Source: an uncultured Butyrivibrio sp. | GTDB taxonomy: Bacteria; Bacillota; Clostridia; Lachnospirales; Lachnospiraceae | Assembly: GCA_964549585.1 (NCBI GenBank) | Contig: CAZJWA010000009.1 | Span: 2,834-66,833, forward strand | Length of the DNA stretch: 64,000 nt | Reading direction: 5' to 3' | Shown here: one piece after another, positions 38,665 through 48,872 of the stretch | Layout of the letters: every line of letters begins with the position of its first letter | Numbering within the stretch: position 1 is the first letter of the stretch | Translations under genes and position numbers: made by a program | Notes under the pieces: generated by a model | Databases searched by the model: none | What the model was told of the DNA's origin: nothing | The model's input: only the letters and a program-made list of their open reading frames with translations

Positions 38665-40143
38665 TTATTCCATGTGTCCATCTCTATGCATCGAGAATTT
38701 ATCCATAGGATAATTCTTAAGGTTATCAAGAACCTTTCTTCCATCAGCCTTAGCAAGAAGAGCTGCTCTAGACTTGGTAATTTCAATCTCAGTCTTGTGC
38801 TTAGATGGTCCGCCTACGCAGCCACCTGCGCAAACCATTCCTTCAATAAAGTCTTCCTGAAGCTTTCCAACCTTAAGAAGTAAGAGATTCTTCTTACAAT
38901 CTCCACCACCCGCTGCACGAACAAGCTTAACTTCTTCGGTATCCTCGCCTCGCTCTTCCATACATTCAAGAACAGCCTTTGCAACTCCGCCGCTTCCTGC
39001 AAATCTCTTGCCCCATACTGAAGACTCCTGATACTCATCCTCAACAGGAACGAATTCTGTAATATCTTTTGATCTCATAAGAGCTCTCATCTCACCAAAA
39101 GTAATTACATAGTCTGCATTATCCGGAACAGATTTATCCTCAGCTTCAGATTTCTTGGCAATACAAGGTCCAACAAATACTGTAACTGTTTCAGGATCTT
39201 CAGACTTTAAGTATCTGGAAATAGCGCACATAGGTGATACCGTTGAAGACATGTTATTCTCATATATTTCAGGGAAATGCTTCTTCTGCATATTGATAAA
39301 TGCAGGACAGCATGAAGTTGTCATCTTCTTGCCTTCCTTAAGAGCCTCTGACCACTCAAGTGATTCATAGGCTGCTGTCATATCTCCGCCAAGTCCAACC
39401 TCAACCATATCAGCAAATCCGATTGCCTGAAGTGTTTTCTTAATTGAAGCAAGTGTTACCTTTTCGCCAAACTGACCTTCGATAGCAGGTGCGCACATAG
39501 CAACCACTTTCTTACCTGCCTTAATTGCTTCAATGATTTTAACAAGATATGTTTTAGAACCGATAGCTCCAAAAGGACATGCATGAATACAATGACCACA
39601 CTGGATACACTTTGATTCATCTATTCTGCAGATACCATTCTCATCGTATGTAATTGCGCCAACAGGACAGGCCTTCTTACAAGGTCTCTCAAGATGAACA
39701 ATTGCTCCATAAGGACAGGCTTTTGAACACATTCCGCATTCCTTACACTTTGTAGAATCAATATGCATTCTGACATCGCCTGGAGTTATTGCATCAAATT
39801 TACAGGAATTAAGACATGCTTTTCCCATACAGAAACGGCAGTTATCAGTTACAGAAAAAGATGCAATAGAACACTCATCACATGCGGCTCCAATAACCTG
39901 TACAATATTCTTTGAATCCGGATTATCTCCGGTATTTTCTGCACATGCAAGACGAATTCTCTGTCTTACAATTTCTCTTTCCTTATAAATACAGCATCTC
40001 ATTGAAGCCTTTGGTCCCGGAATAATCTTATAAACAAGATCTTCTTTACTCTGTTCATTAAGGTTATCATCCCAGGCAAGTCGACAGACTTCCTCCATTA
40101 TTTTGTGTTTAAAGCTTACAATTCCTTCATCATTAGTAACCAT
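38665..40143 (-). CDS. [FeFe] hydrogenase-like protein, group B type (multiple 4Fe-4S domains + H-cluster domain)
   Basis: All three H-cluster motifs are present: TTSCCPAF, VGPCIAKKSEA and IEGMVCAGGCVGGP. There are several CxxCxxCxxxCP ferredoxin motifs at the N-terminus. Confidence 0.8.
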   Translation of the reverse strand: MVTNDEGIVSFKHKIMEEVCRLAWDDNLNEQSKEDLVYKIIPGPKASMRCCIYKEREIVRQRIRLACAENTGDNPDSKNIVQVIGAACDECSIASFSVTDNCRFCMGKACLNSCKFDAITPGDVRMHIDSTKCKECGMCSKACPYGAIVHLERPCKKACPVGAITYDENGICRIDESKCIQCGHCIHACPFGAIGSKTYLVKIIEAIKAGKKVVAMCAPAIEGQFGEKVTLASIKKTLQAIGFADMVEVGLGGDMTAAYESLEWSEALKEGKKMTTSCCPAFINMQKKHFPEIYENNMSSTVSPMCAISRYLKSEDPETVTVFVGPCIAKKSEAEDKSVPDNADYVITFGEMRALMRSKDITEFVPVEDEYQESSVWGKRFAGSGGVAKAVLECMEERGEDTEEVKLVRAAGGGDCKKNLLLLKVGKLQEDFIEGMVCAGGCVGGPSKHKTEIEITKSRAALLAKADGRKVLDNLKNYPMDKFSMHRDGHME

Positions 40144-40261
40144 GCGAAACTCCTTTCGTATTTGAAAAATGCAATCTGTACTTTTGCAGTGCTTGATTAA
40201 TCATTATCCCTTCATTTCGTTTATTTCAAAATTTAGTATATAACACCGCGCTTTTGTTAAT

Positions 40262-40843
40262 CTATTTCATTTCAATATGTCTGAACTTATCAAGTCCGCT
40301 CATATCATGAGTCGTAATGATAAGAGGATTATCACCCTTATGACTAAGTATATATTCTATCGCCAGCATCCGGCAATCATTATCAAGACCGGTGAACGGC
40401 TCGTCCATTACAAAAAAATCTGCCGGTACGCACATAGCTCGTACTATCGAAACTCTTCTCTTCATTCCGCCTGATAGTTCACTAACAGGCTTATCAAGAC
40501 AATCTGCAGGAAGAAGCATCTCAAGTTCTCTCCTTGCAAGTCCGCTTGTAACCTTTGGGTGAACCATTGAAACATTCTCTACCGCGCTAAATTCCTCGCA
40601 GAGCCTGTCCTCCTGAAAAACCATTCCTGCCTGAAGATATGCATACTTATAATCACCAAGTAAAGAAATCTTTCCTTTATCCGGCTTCTCAATTCCAACC
40701 AAAATTCTAAGAAGAGTTGTCTTACCAATCCCTGAAGGACCGGTAATAGCTACAAGACTGCCATCTTCAATTTTCATTGAAAAGTCATCTAATACCTTTA
40801 ACTCTCCATAGCTCTTATAAAGATTCTCAGCAAATATTGTCAT
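40262..40843 (-). CDS. ABC transporter ATP-binding protein (short, 193 aa)
   Basis: Motifs present: Walker A GPSGIGKTT, signature LSGGMKRR, Walker B FFVMDEPF and H-loop TTHD. It has no C-terminal extension. Confidence 0.85.
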   Translation of the reverse strand: MTIFAENLYKSYGELKVLDDFSMKIEDGSLVAITGPSGIGKTTLLRILVGIEKPDKGKISLLGDYKYAYLQAGMVFQEDRLCEEFSAVENVSMVHPKVTSGLARRELEMLLPADCLDKPVSELSGGMKRRVSIVRAMCVPADFFVMDEPFTGLDNDCRMLAIEYILSHKGDNPLIITTHDMSGLDKFRHIEMK

Positions 40844-41628
40844 ACTAATGCCTCCTTATCTTCTTTAGAAGGAGACACTTCTTTCTTAGTAAATCTTCGC
40901 CCAGAAAGACCTAGTAAAAAGAGAAATATCTTTTCACAAAGCCATGATAACAGGACAATAACAAGCGTCCATGCAAGAACCTCATCCGTTGCTAAGTATA
41001 TCTTTGATGAATAGAGATTATTGCCAAGACTGTGAAGTGGTTGTCCAATTACTTCTGCGGCAACACCGCTCTTCCAGCTCATTCCGATAGCAGTTTTAAA
41101 TCCGCCACATAGAAAAGGATATAGCCCCGGATAATAAATATACCTAATCCTGGATAATAATGGCATATGAAAAACGTCTGCCATTTCAAGCATCTTGATA
41201 TCTATACTTGAAAGCCCTGCCTCCGCCGACAAATACATAATCGGCATCACAACAAGAAGACTTATTATAAATGAAATACTACCATTTCCCACCCATATTA
41301 TTACAAGAATAACAAAGCTTGCAACCGGAATACTCTTAAGCATCGTAATAAACGGAGAAATAATTATCTTAAATTTCTCAAATCTCACCGCGAGAATTGC
41401 AAATACTATTCCAAGCAGCGACCCGCTCAAAAAACCAAGCATGATTCTGGAAAATGATGCTCCTATGCTAAGCGCAAAATCCGTTGTCGGAACAAGTCGA
41501 AACAGTGTTTGAACTGTTTCGACTGGACCGACAACGAGAATTTGATTATTAACTATGACTGCCAAAAGTTCCCATACAATAAGCCAGAAAACTATAGCCA
41601 AACTTAAATTCTTAATTTTTTTGGTCAT
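40840..41628 (-). CDS. ABC transporter permease (NitT/TauT-family-like)
   Basis: The 262-aa polytopic ORF overlaps the ATPase gene by 4 nt. Confidence 0.8.
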   Translation of the reverse strand: MTKKIKNLSLAIVFWLIVWELLAVIVNNQILVVGPVETVQTLFRLVPTTDFALSIGASFSRIMLGFLSGSLLGIVFAILAVRFEKFKIIISPFITMLKSIPVASFVILVIIWVGNGSISFIISLLVVMPIMYLSAEAGLSSIDIKMLEMADVFHMPLLSRIRYIYYPGLYPFLCGGFKTAIGMSWKSGVAAEVIGQPLHSLGNNLYSSKIYLATDEVLAWTLVIVLLSWLCEKIFLFLLGLSGRRFTKKEVSPSKEDKEALV

Positions 41629-41642
41629 AAACTCTTTTCCAA

Positions 41643-42725
41643 TTATTTCTGAATATAGTAGAAGTCATCACCCGGAAGTGTACCACCTACAGACTTTGGA
41701 TTCTGATCAAATAGTGTCTGAAGATAGCCTGATACATCAGTCTTCATCTCATCGCCCTTGATGCAAACGATATTGCAATAAGGAAGTGCCTTCGCAGCAA
41801 CTGCTTCTTTTTCAATTATACCATACTCAGCGGTAAGTGCTGCAGTAGTATCTACATCAGATACAGCCTTATCTGCGCTCTCACTGTGCTCCTTAAGAAA
41901 CATATCTACGGCATCCTCGTGATCAGCAAGAAAACTATTTGATACAACGGTAACGCCTGTCATAAATACTGAATCATCGCTAACCTTATCCCATTCATCT
42001 GTAAGTGAAAAAGCAATAGAAAGCTTGTCGTTTTGAAGCATTGTAGCAGTAGCAAATGGCTGAGGAAGAATAGCAATCTGCGTAGGGTCTTCAGAAAGAG
42101 CAGATGCAATCTCTGTAGCTTCTGACTTAAACTCTACATTGCAATCTGTAACATTATTCTTCTCAAGAAGATAGTTAAGTGCATATTCTGGAGTAGCTCC
42201 CTGTCCTGTTGTAATAACAGTCTTTCCGGAAAGATCAGCTACTGATTTAATATCTGTATCAGCTGTGATGCAGTAAAGAACTCCCAAAGTATTAACGTCA
42301 ATAACTGAAACGCCGCCCTCTGTCTTATTGTAAAGAACTGCAGCCATATTTGCAGGAACAAGTGCAATATCAAGATCTCCTGAAACCATCTCTGCCATCA
42401 AAGTATCAGGCTGTGTTTCCATAGTGAATGTATAATTTCCCTCTGCTTCGCTATTTTCTGAGTCCTTCATAAGATTAACAAGTCCCATTGTTGTAGGGCC
42501 CTTAAGTGAACCAACGCGAATCTCAGTTCCATCGTATGCAATCTGCTCTTCTGATGAAGCCTCTGTAGAAGAATCAGATGAAACGTCTTCTGATGAAGCC
42601 ATAGCTGAGCTCTCTGTAACAGCTTCTGCATCTGAAGCTGAAGCTGTGCTATTTGCAGATGCACCGCATCCCATAACTGAAACTGCCATAATGGCAGCTA
42701 CTGAAAGTGTAAGTATTTTTCTCAT
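41643..42725 (-). CDS. ABC transporter substrate-binding lipoprotein (NMT1/SsuA-like fold likely)
   Basis: It has a lipobox (VMGCGAS) and a Ser/Ala/Glu-rich linker, and it lies adjacent to the permease and ATPase genes. The substrate cannot be determined from the sequence. Confidence 0.7.
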   Translation of the reverse strand: MRKILTLSVAAIMAVSVMGCGASANSTASASDAEAVTESSAMASSEDVSSDSSTEASSEEQIAYDGTEIRVGSLKGPTTMGLVNLMKDSENSEAEGNYTFTMETQPDTLMAEMVSGDLDIALVPANMAAVLYNKTEGGVSVIDVNTLGVLYCITADTDIKSVADLSGKTVITTGQGATPEYALNYLLEKNNVTDCNVEFKSEATEIASALSEDPTQIAILPQPFATATMLQNDKLSIAFSLTDEWDKVSDDSVFMTGVTVVSNSFLADHEDAVDMFLKEHSESADKAVSDVDTTAALTAEYGIIEKEAVAAKALPYCNIVCIKGDEMKTDVSGYLQTLFDQNPKSVGGTLPGDDFYYIQK

Positions 42726-42883
42726 TTTCTCCTCCATGTGGAAGCATTTTTATTATAAAAAAAAATAAGAATGCAACTATTATGTTAAATAATTAACGAT
42801 TAACCTTACTGATTATATATTAATTGCCACATGGATGCAATGGTAAAAATTTTAATCTTTTTTGTCTCTAAACAATATAGTTT

Positions 42884-44602
42884 TCACTCAACTATGCATA
42901 TACTCTGCCCAGGCATTTCAATTTCCGTTTTATTTTGTTTTGGCGTTTTCTCTGAAACACTCATATATGCTGCTATCGTCATGTCTTCTACACTTGAATT
43001 GGCAGTATCTACCATCAAAGTTTCATCGGAAGTATTATAAATAATTCCGATAGTGCAATCATTATATGTCTTAGTTATTACGGCTATATCATCAAGGCAA
43101 AGATCATCAATGATGCTGATAGTTCCCCTTGCGATTTCCGGAAATGCATTTCTGATCTGCAAAGCATTCTTATAGTAATTGAGTATTGAAGTTTCATCAC
43201 TCTCCTGCTCTTTTTCTCCGGCAAAAGAGGATGTAATGCCGCTATCTGCGCCGCTTGGATCATTAGTCTTTCCTGCATTGTCACTATCCGACCAAATATA
43301 TGAAAGACGTTTATTCTCATCCTTTGTTCCTTTTCCGGACATACCAATTTCTTCACCATAATACACGAACGGGCTTCCACTCATTGTCATCAAAAGTCCA
43401 CCAGCCATTTTTATGTCATTCTCATCCTGCATAAGTGTATTAGCGACTCTTCCCTGATCATGATTTGTAATAAATGGAGCATCGATATAGTCAGGATTTG
43501 CCCCTCCAAAATCTTCCTGATACTGAAGCATTGCGTTTACAAACTTAGTAGCACTGTATTTTCCTCTGGCTGCTTTTATTAGTTTTCCCTCAGAATTTCC
43601 CGCATCAAAATTAAAGAAGCTTGGTGTCCCACTGCCATAATACTTTGTAATATCACTCTCACTTGTCCATGCCTCCGATACCAAATAGAAATCTGGGTCA
43701 AGTGATTTGCAGTATTCGTAAAAAAAGCTAAGAACATCATTATTAAAAGAAATATCGTTTTCTTTGTAGTGAGTAACAGCGTCCATTCGAAAACCATCAA
43801 CCCCGTGGCTAATCCAAAACTTTGCAATATTTTGGAATTCATCTGTAACAAGACTACTCTCAAAATTCAGATCAGGCATTTCCTGTGTAAACTGACCTTC
43901 ATAATAGAAGTCGCTGTTTCCAGCCTGATAATATGTGTCCCCAAGCTTTTCTCTACTAAAATTGTAGTACTCTGCATAAGGGCATACCGCTGTGTCAATT
44001 TTCTGATTATCAGAGAGAGTCTCTAGATAATCACAGGCATCTGTAAACCATTTATTTTGCGAGGAAGAATGATTCATGACCATATCTATTATCACATTAA
44101 TTCCCCTTTTATGAGCTTCCGTAATCAGTTCGTCAAAGTCATCTATTGTTCCATATTCTGAGTCAACTGCATAATAATCTGTTACATCATATTTATGGTA
44201 CGATGGTGATGGCATAATAGGCATAAGCCAAATACCTGTAAAGCCCATGTTTTCTATGTAGTCAAGTTTTTCGGTTACGCCTTTTAAATCCCCCATTCCA
44301 TCTCCATCAGAATCATAAAAGGAAGCCACAAATATCTCATAATAGTTTCGGTAATTATCATCTATAATGTTCGGCTCAAGATTGATACTTTCTGTTGTAG
44401 AACTGTTTTCAAGCTCTACGCTATTTTCTGCTGTAACAGCATTTTCTGAATCCACGCTGTTGCCTGCTGCGGAACTGTTCTCTAACGCGGCACTGTTCTC
44501 TGCTGTAGTATTGTTCTTTTCTGCGGCACCAGTGCCGCAGCCTGCAAGCATCATGACGCTTATTGCAAATATCGAAATAATTGAAATTATCTTGTTTTTC
44601 AT
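42884..44602 (-). CDS. GH13 alpha-amylase-family lipoprotein
   Basis: It has a lipobox (LAGCG). GH13 regions present: GIWLMPI..SPSYHKYDVTDYY, INVIIDMVMNHSS, GVDGFRMDAV, ..SEAW.. and FITNHDQ. Confidence 0.88.
   Translation of the reverse strand: MKNKIISIISIFAISVMMLAGCGTGAAEKNNTTAENSAALENSSAAGNSVDSENAVTAENSVELENSSTTESINLEPNIIDDNYRNYYEIFVASFYDSDGDGMGDLKGVTEKLDYIENMGFTGIWLMPIMPSPSYHKYDVTDYYAVDSEYGTIDDFDELITEAHKRGINVIIDMVMNHSSSQNKWFTDACDYLETLSDNQKIDTAVCPYAEYYNFSREKLGDTYYQAGNSDFYYEGQFTQEMPDLNFESSLVTDEFQNIAKFWISHGVDGFRMDAVTHYKENDISFNNDVLSFFYEYCKSLDPDFYLVSEAWTSESDITKYYGSGTPSFFNFDAGNSEGKLIKAARGKYSATKFVNAMLQYQEDFGGANPDYIDAPFITNHDQGRVANTLMQDENDIKMAGGLLMTMSGSPFVYYGEEIGMSGKGTKDENKRLSYIWSDSDNAGKTNDPSGADSGITSSFAGEKEQESDETSILNYYKNALQIRNAFPEIARGTISIIDDLCLDDIAVITKTYNDCTIGIIYNTSDETLMVDTANSSVEDMTIAAYMSVSEKTPKQNKTEIEMPGQSICIVE
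44377..44524. repeat. imperfect ~18-bp coding repeats (ENSxxx linker of the GH13 lipoprotein)
   Basis: The peptide is TAENSAALENSSAAGNSVDSENAVTAENSVELENSSTTES. The DNA shows repeated ctgttttc/ctgttctc units. Confidence 0.6.
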
Positions 44603-44806
44603 TGATCAGCTTGCCTCCAGAGTGTAGTTAACTATTGAATTAAAACGCCTTTTATTCTTCCAAAGTATGCAGGAGAAGTTTTTTGGTCTCCTGCATATAC
44701 TTTTTACGTCTTTACGCATGCTTATACGCTGGTTGGCGTGCATATGTAAGTCAAATATTAGATTTTGTTTCCCGCATACAGTAATAATCGTTTTATCAAT
44801 TTCTTT

Positions 44807-44848
44807 GAAAAAGGGCATGTGGAAATTTTGACTTCTTTCCCACATGCC
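44807..44848 (-). terminator. intrinsic terminator after the MalG-like gene
   Basis: GGGCATGTGGAAA / TTTCCCACATGCCC, followed on the minus strand by U5. Confidence 0.75.
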
Positions 44849-44941
44849 CTATCTAATTACGAATTTGGTATTTCGCCGAGGTTTGCCTTTGGCAAACCTC
44901 GTAAACTTAAAATCAAGTCATAAAGACTTGATTTTAACGTT

Positions 44942-45814
44942 TTAACCTTTAACCGCACCACCAGTTACTCCTTCAACATAGTACTTCTGAAGGAACATGA
45001 ACAAGATTGTTACAGGTACTGCTACAAGAACACCGCCTGCGCAGAATCTTGAGAAATAGCCCTGATAATCGTTTGTCCATACCCAGCGCTGCAAAGCAAC
45101 TGCTACGTTGTAGCTATCGCTGTAACCAAACGCTACATATGAAGCCATAACATAATCACACCATGGTGCCATGAATGCAACAAGCGCTGTATATATAATA
45201 ATAGGCTTTGAAAGCGGGATAATCATCTGAATGAATACCTGCGCTCTGGTAGCTCCATCAATTCTTGCTGCCTCATCAAGAGACTTTGGAATCGTATCAA
45301 GATAACCCTTGCAAACATAATAACCCATTGCAGAGCTGGCAATTCCGATAAGAATAAGTCCTGGTACCGCGCCTGCCTGAGTAAGACCGATTGCCTTTAA
45401 CAGGAAGTACAAACAAATCATTGTAAGGAATCCCGGAAACATGCCAAGTATAAGCCATATTCTCATCAAAAGCTTTCTTCCTTTAAAACGCATTCTCGAA
45501 AGCGCATAGCTCGTACAAACAACAATTATTGTCTGACCAATTGCAACGAAAATTGCTATTACAAGAGTGTTTGCATACCATCTTATGAAACTACTCTCAC
45601 CAGAAAGCAGATACTTGTATGACTCAAGAGTAAAGGTTTTAGGAAGAAGATAATTAACCATTCCGCCAAACTCCGTCTTATATCCTCTAAAGCTCTGAAG
45701 AATAATCATAACAAATGGGATAAGCCATACTATACTTATTAAAATAAGAACTATATAGGAAATAGTAAGTCCCAGTTTTTTGTGCTGCTTATGCAGCTTA
45801 TTTTCTTTTGCCAT
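44942..45814 (-). CDS. sugar ABC transporter permease (MalG-like)
   Basis: The 290-aa ORF has the EAA motif DEAARIDGATRAQVFIQMIIP. It abuts the upstream permease gene. Confidence 0.88.
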   Translation of the reverse strand: MAKENKLHKQHKKLGLTISYIVLILISIVWLIPFVMIILQSFRGYKTEFGGMVNYLLPKTFTLESYKYLLSGESSFIRWYANTLVIAIFVAIGQTIIVVCTSYALSRMRFKGRKLLMRIWLILGMFPGFLTMICLYFLLKAIGLTQAGAVPGLILIGIASSAMGYYVCKGYLDTIPKSLDEAARIDGATRAQVFIQMIIPLSKPIIIYTALVAFMAPWCDYVMASYVAFGYSDSYNVAVALQRWVWTNDYQGYFSRFCAGGVLVAVPVTILFMFLQKYYVEGVTGGAVKG

Positions 45815-47310
45815 TACTGGAATCCCTCCTCATCCTTTACTGAAGGCAGCATATTGTAAACGACAAGTGAAACAATCGCCGTTACAAGGAATACCATGAT
45901 ACCAAGTACTGCCGCCATACGATAGTTCGAATCATTAACCGTCATCTTATATAGCCATGTTACAAGAAGATCTGTATATCCTGCCTTATCAGATAGCTGC
46001 ATACTCTGCGGCTTACCCTGATTAAGAAGATAAATAACATTAAAGTTATTTAAGTTTCCTGTAAACTGTGTAAGAAGGTAAGGGCCAGTTACAAAGAGCA
46101 TATATGGAAGAGTAATCTTCTTAAATGTCTGGAAGCTGTTAGCTCCATCAATCTTGGCGCTTTCATAAAGCTCTTCAGGAATATTCATCAAAAGTCCTGT
46201 AGTAATAAGCATAATATAAGGAACACCAATCCAAATATTTATTATAAGAATCAGTACTCTTGCATACATGCCATTCGTCCAGAAAGGAATTGCTCTTTCA
46301 ATAATTCCGTGCTTAATCAGCTCCAGATTAATAAGTCCGTCAGCTGCAAAAAGCTTTCCTACATAAAGAAGCGAAACAAACTGAGGAACAGCAATTGTCA
46401 TGACAAGAATCGTTCTCCAAAGCTTTTTGAATCTGATGCCTTTTTTATTTATAAGAATTGCAACTCCCATTCCTAGGAAATAGTTAAGGAAGGTAGCAAA
46501 AAATGCCCAAATAAGTGTCCATGAAAGCACGATTCTAAATGTCTTGCCAAGACTGCTTGCGCCTGTCGACAAAAGCATTTTGAAGTTCGTAAGTCCGACC
46601 CATGTAAAAAGATTTGTCGGAGACTGATGATCATAATCGTAGTTTGTAAATGCAATACAAATCATGAACGCAATCGGAAGGACAATAAATACAAAGATTC
46701 CAACTACTGGAAGAGCCAGCAGTGTCTTATCAAAATTGTGGTTAAATAAAGATTTCACATCATCAGAATTTGAAGGAATCGGTCTGCCCTCTTTTATCAA
46801 AAGATGTGCATTTCGGTCCTGTCTGATATTCATTCTCCAAACTACAATGAAGAACACAATTACAAAAATACTTAAGATACCATACAAGAGTATAAAAAAG
46901 CTGTTATCTCCATAACGATATACATAATTAGCATCAAAGCCGCCCTTTTCAGATCCAAGAGATCCAAACTTTGGAAGATACTGCGATGCTATTGTGACCA
47001 TATACCAAATAAATCCTGCTTCGAGCGCAAGGAATGCAAGACCTCTTGCAAACTGCTTTCTGGCAAAGGCTCCAACGCCCATTATTACAAAAGAAATTTT
47101 ATCGGCAATGCTTCCTTCAACAAAGGAAACCCCGATATCCTTTAAATCATTTCCTATCCATTTAAAGAAATTTACTATGCCTGATCCTACATTCTTAAAA
47201 AATCCAGCGATTCCCGAAGGAATGTTTTTAAAGAACCGTATGAACTTTACCCCGAATTTTTGAAAAGCGTTCAGTGTATACATATTCACTTCTTTTTCAG
47301 TATTTTTCAT
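45814..47310 (-). CDS. sugar ABC transporter permease (MalF-like, with extended N-terminus)
   Basis: It has the EAA motif YESAKIDGANSFQTFKKITLP and a long N-terminal TM extension as in MalF. GGAGG precedes the ATG at 47310. The track start is 47367. Confidence 0.85.
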   Translation of the reverse strand: MKNTEKEVNMYTLNAFQKFGVKFIRFFKNIPSGIAGFFKNVGSGIVNFFKWIGNDLKDIGVSFVEGSIADKISFVIMGVGAFARKQFARGLAFLALEAGFIWYMVTIASQYLPKFGSLGSEKGGFDANYVYRYGDNSFFILLYGILSIFVIVFFIVVWRMNIRQDRNAHLLIKEGRPIPSNSDDVKSLFNHNFDKTLLALPVVGIFVFIVLPIAFMICIAFTNYDYDHQSPTNLFTWVGLTNFKMLLSTGASSLGKTFRIVLSWTLIWAFFATFLNYFLGMGVAILINKKGIRFKKLWRTILVMTIAVPQFVSLLYVGKLFAADGLINLELIKHGIIERAIPFWTNGMYARVLILIINIWIGVPYIMLITTGLLMNIPEELYESAKIDGANSFQTFKKITLPYMLFVTGPYLLTQFTGNLNNFNVIYLLNQGKPQSMQLSDKAGYTDLLVTWLYKMTVNDSNYRMAAVLGIMVFLVTAIVSLVVYNMLPSVKDEEGFQ

Positions 47311-47398
47311 AGTGCCTCCGAATGCTTTAAATATGACCTGACAGGGATAACCCCCCCGCCAGGTCATTCAACATACTAACATTATAATTCAGGATCTA

Positions 47399-48703
47399 TT
47401 ATTTTGCATATCCTTCGCAAGTTGTCTGGAAGTCTGTTAATGCTGACATAAGATCGTCATCTGTTGCATTGTTGTAATCACCAGCGATAACTGAATCACC
47501 AAGAGATGTTGCAAGTGTCCAGTAATCTCCAGGATACTGTCCCTGAGGAATTGTATTAACAAGCTGCTCAGCAAGTGCTGAAAGAGCTACATCAGATTTA
47601 ACTTCATCTGAATTCTGAGCGTTTACGTTTGAAGGACCCCAGCCGTTTGATTCATAACGAGCCATCTGAACATCTTCGCTTGAAAGATACTCAGCAAGGT
47701 TAAGGCAAACAATCATCTTGCCCTGCTCTGTCTGAGGCTTAACACCCATCATCTTGTATCCACCAAAACCGCTCATCTGGAAATCTTCGCCATCTACTGT
47801 AAACTTAGGAAGCTTAGCACAAGCATAATTATCTCCGAAAAGATCCTTTGCTGCTGAAGAATCCCATGTTCCATCAATGATAGCACCAGGGTTTGTAGCA
47901 CTTGAAAGTGAAGAACCGTTAACGAATGCCTTTGACTTATTGAGATTAACCATAGCCTTAAGAGCCTTTACACCATTGTCTGATGCATAATCCATATTGC
48001 AAGCTGTGAAGTTACCATCATTATCTGTATCATATGTGAATTTGCAGCCTGTTCCGAAGAAGAATGCTGTCTGATACCAACCTGAGTTGATCTCCATGTA
48101 GAAGCTCTTGCCAGCACTTTCACAATCTGAAACGATTGCATCAAGAGATGTAGGATCTGTTACAACGCTGCTATCATAATAAAGGAAATATCCATTATCA
48201 GATGTAAGTGGGAATGCATATGTTGTATCAGCTACTGCTGCTGCAGCTGCCGCGCCTGAATCGTTGTTATCTGTAACGAATGTTGCATAATCACCTGTAA
48301 GAGGTGTAAGTGCTCCTGCTGAAACAAGACGAGCAAGCTGATCCTGTGCGAAACCATAGATATCTGCTCCGCCTTCAACGTCTGTGATCATGTTTCCTGC
48401 TGCATCACCTTCGCCTGTTGCCTGAACATCAATTGTATATCCTGAGTAGTCAGCATTGTCAGCTATAAACTTCTCTGCCTGCTCCTTTGTAAAATCAACT
48501 ACTTCCTCTGCTACCCAGATAGTAATTGTTCCTGAGCCGTAATCAATATCTGCTGCCGGTGCCTCTGTAGCTGCATCTGCTGACTCATCTGTAGTCTCTG
48601 TAGCTGTGTCTGTTGTCTCTGCTGTGCTGCTGCTTCCGCATCCAGCTAACATTGTAGCTGTCATTGCTGTAGCAAGTACCATTGAAATAATTTTCTTTTT
48701 CAT
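47399..48703 (-). CDS. maltodextrin/sugar-binding lipoprotein (MalE-like)
   Basis: It has a lipobox (LAGCGSS) and a Thr/Ala/Glu linker, and it is the first gene upstream of the MalF/G-like genes. AGGAGAGG precedes the ATG at 48703. The track start is 48748. Confidence 0.8.
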   Translation of the reverse strand: MKKKIISMVLATAMTATMLAGCGSSSTAETTDTATETTDESADAATEAPAADIDYGSGTITIWVAEEVVDFTKEQAEKFIADNADYSGYTIDVQATGEGDAAGNMITDVEGGADIYGFAQDQLARLVSAGALTPLTGDYATFVTDNNDSGAAAAAAVADTTYAFPLTSDNGYFLYYDSSVVTDPTSLDAIVSDCESAGKSFYMEINSGWYQTAFFFGTGCKFTYDTDNDGNFTACNMDYASDNGVKALKAMVNLNKSKAFVNGSSLSSATNPGAIIDGTWDSSAAKDLFGDNYACAKLPKFTVDGEDFQMSGFGGYKMMGVKPQTEQGKMIVCLNLAEYLSSEDVQMARYESNGWGPSNVNAQNSDEVKSDVALSALAEQLVNTIPQGQYPGDYWTLATSLGDSVIAGDYNNATDDDLMSALTDFQTTCEGYAK

Positions 48704-48804
48704 CTTAATCCTCTCCTTTTTGCTATTTGTATAAAGAAATATCAACAAGACAATTTCTTTATCTCTTTTCTTTATGTACTAAGTGTATCACTAACTTTTA
48801 AAAA

Positions 48805-48820
48805 TTGGAAACGTTTCCGA
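48805..48820. promoter_or_regulatory. LacI-family operator / cre-like palindrome
   Basis: TTGGAAACGTTTCCGA has a perfect 12-bp palindromic core, GGAAACGTTTCC. It fits TGNAANCGNTNNCA-type sites. Confidence 0.5.
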
Positions 48821-48856
48821 TACCGTTTTCAACGATTTGTCACTTTGCAATAAATT

Positions 48857-48872
48857 CGGAAAACGTTTTTTG
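48857..48872. promoter_or_regulatory. second LacI/cre-like palindrome
   Basis: CGGAAAACGTTTTTTG has the core AAAACGTTTT. It lies 40 bp from the first site. Confidence 0.4.

Noticed and set aside
42738-42883. Possible TPP or other riboswitch upstream of the NitT/TauT-type transporter (ThiXYZ analogy)
   Set aside because: The spacer is AT-rich, has no GGGGUGC/CUGAGA/ACCUGAU blocks, and shows no obvious conserved helices.
44606-44845. 79-aa minus-strand ORF between the MalG-like and GH13 genes
   Set aside because: It overlaps the operon terminator and two further hairpins. It is basic with biased composition and has no RBS. The region is better read as terminator plus promoter space.
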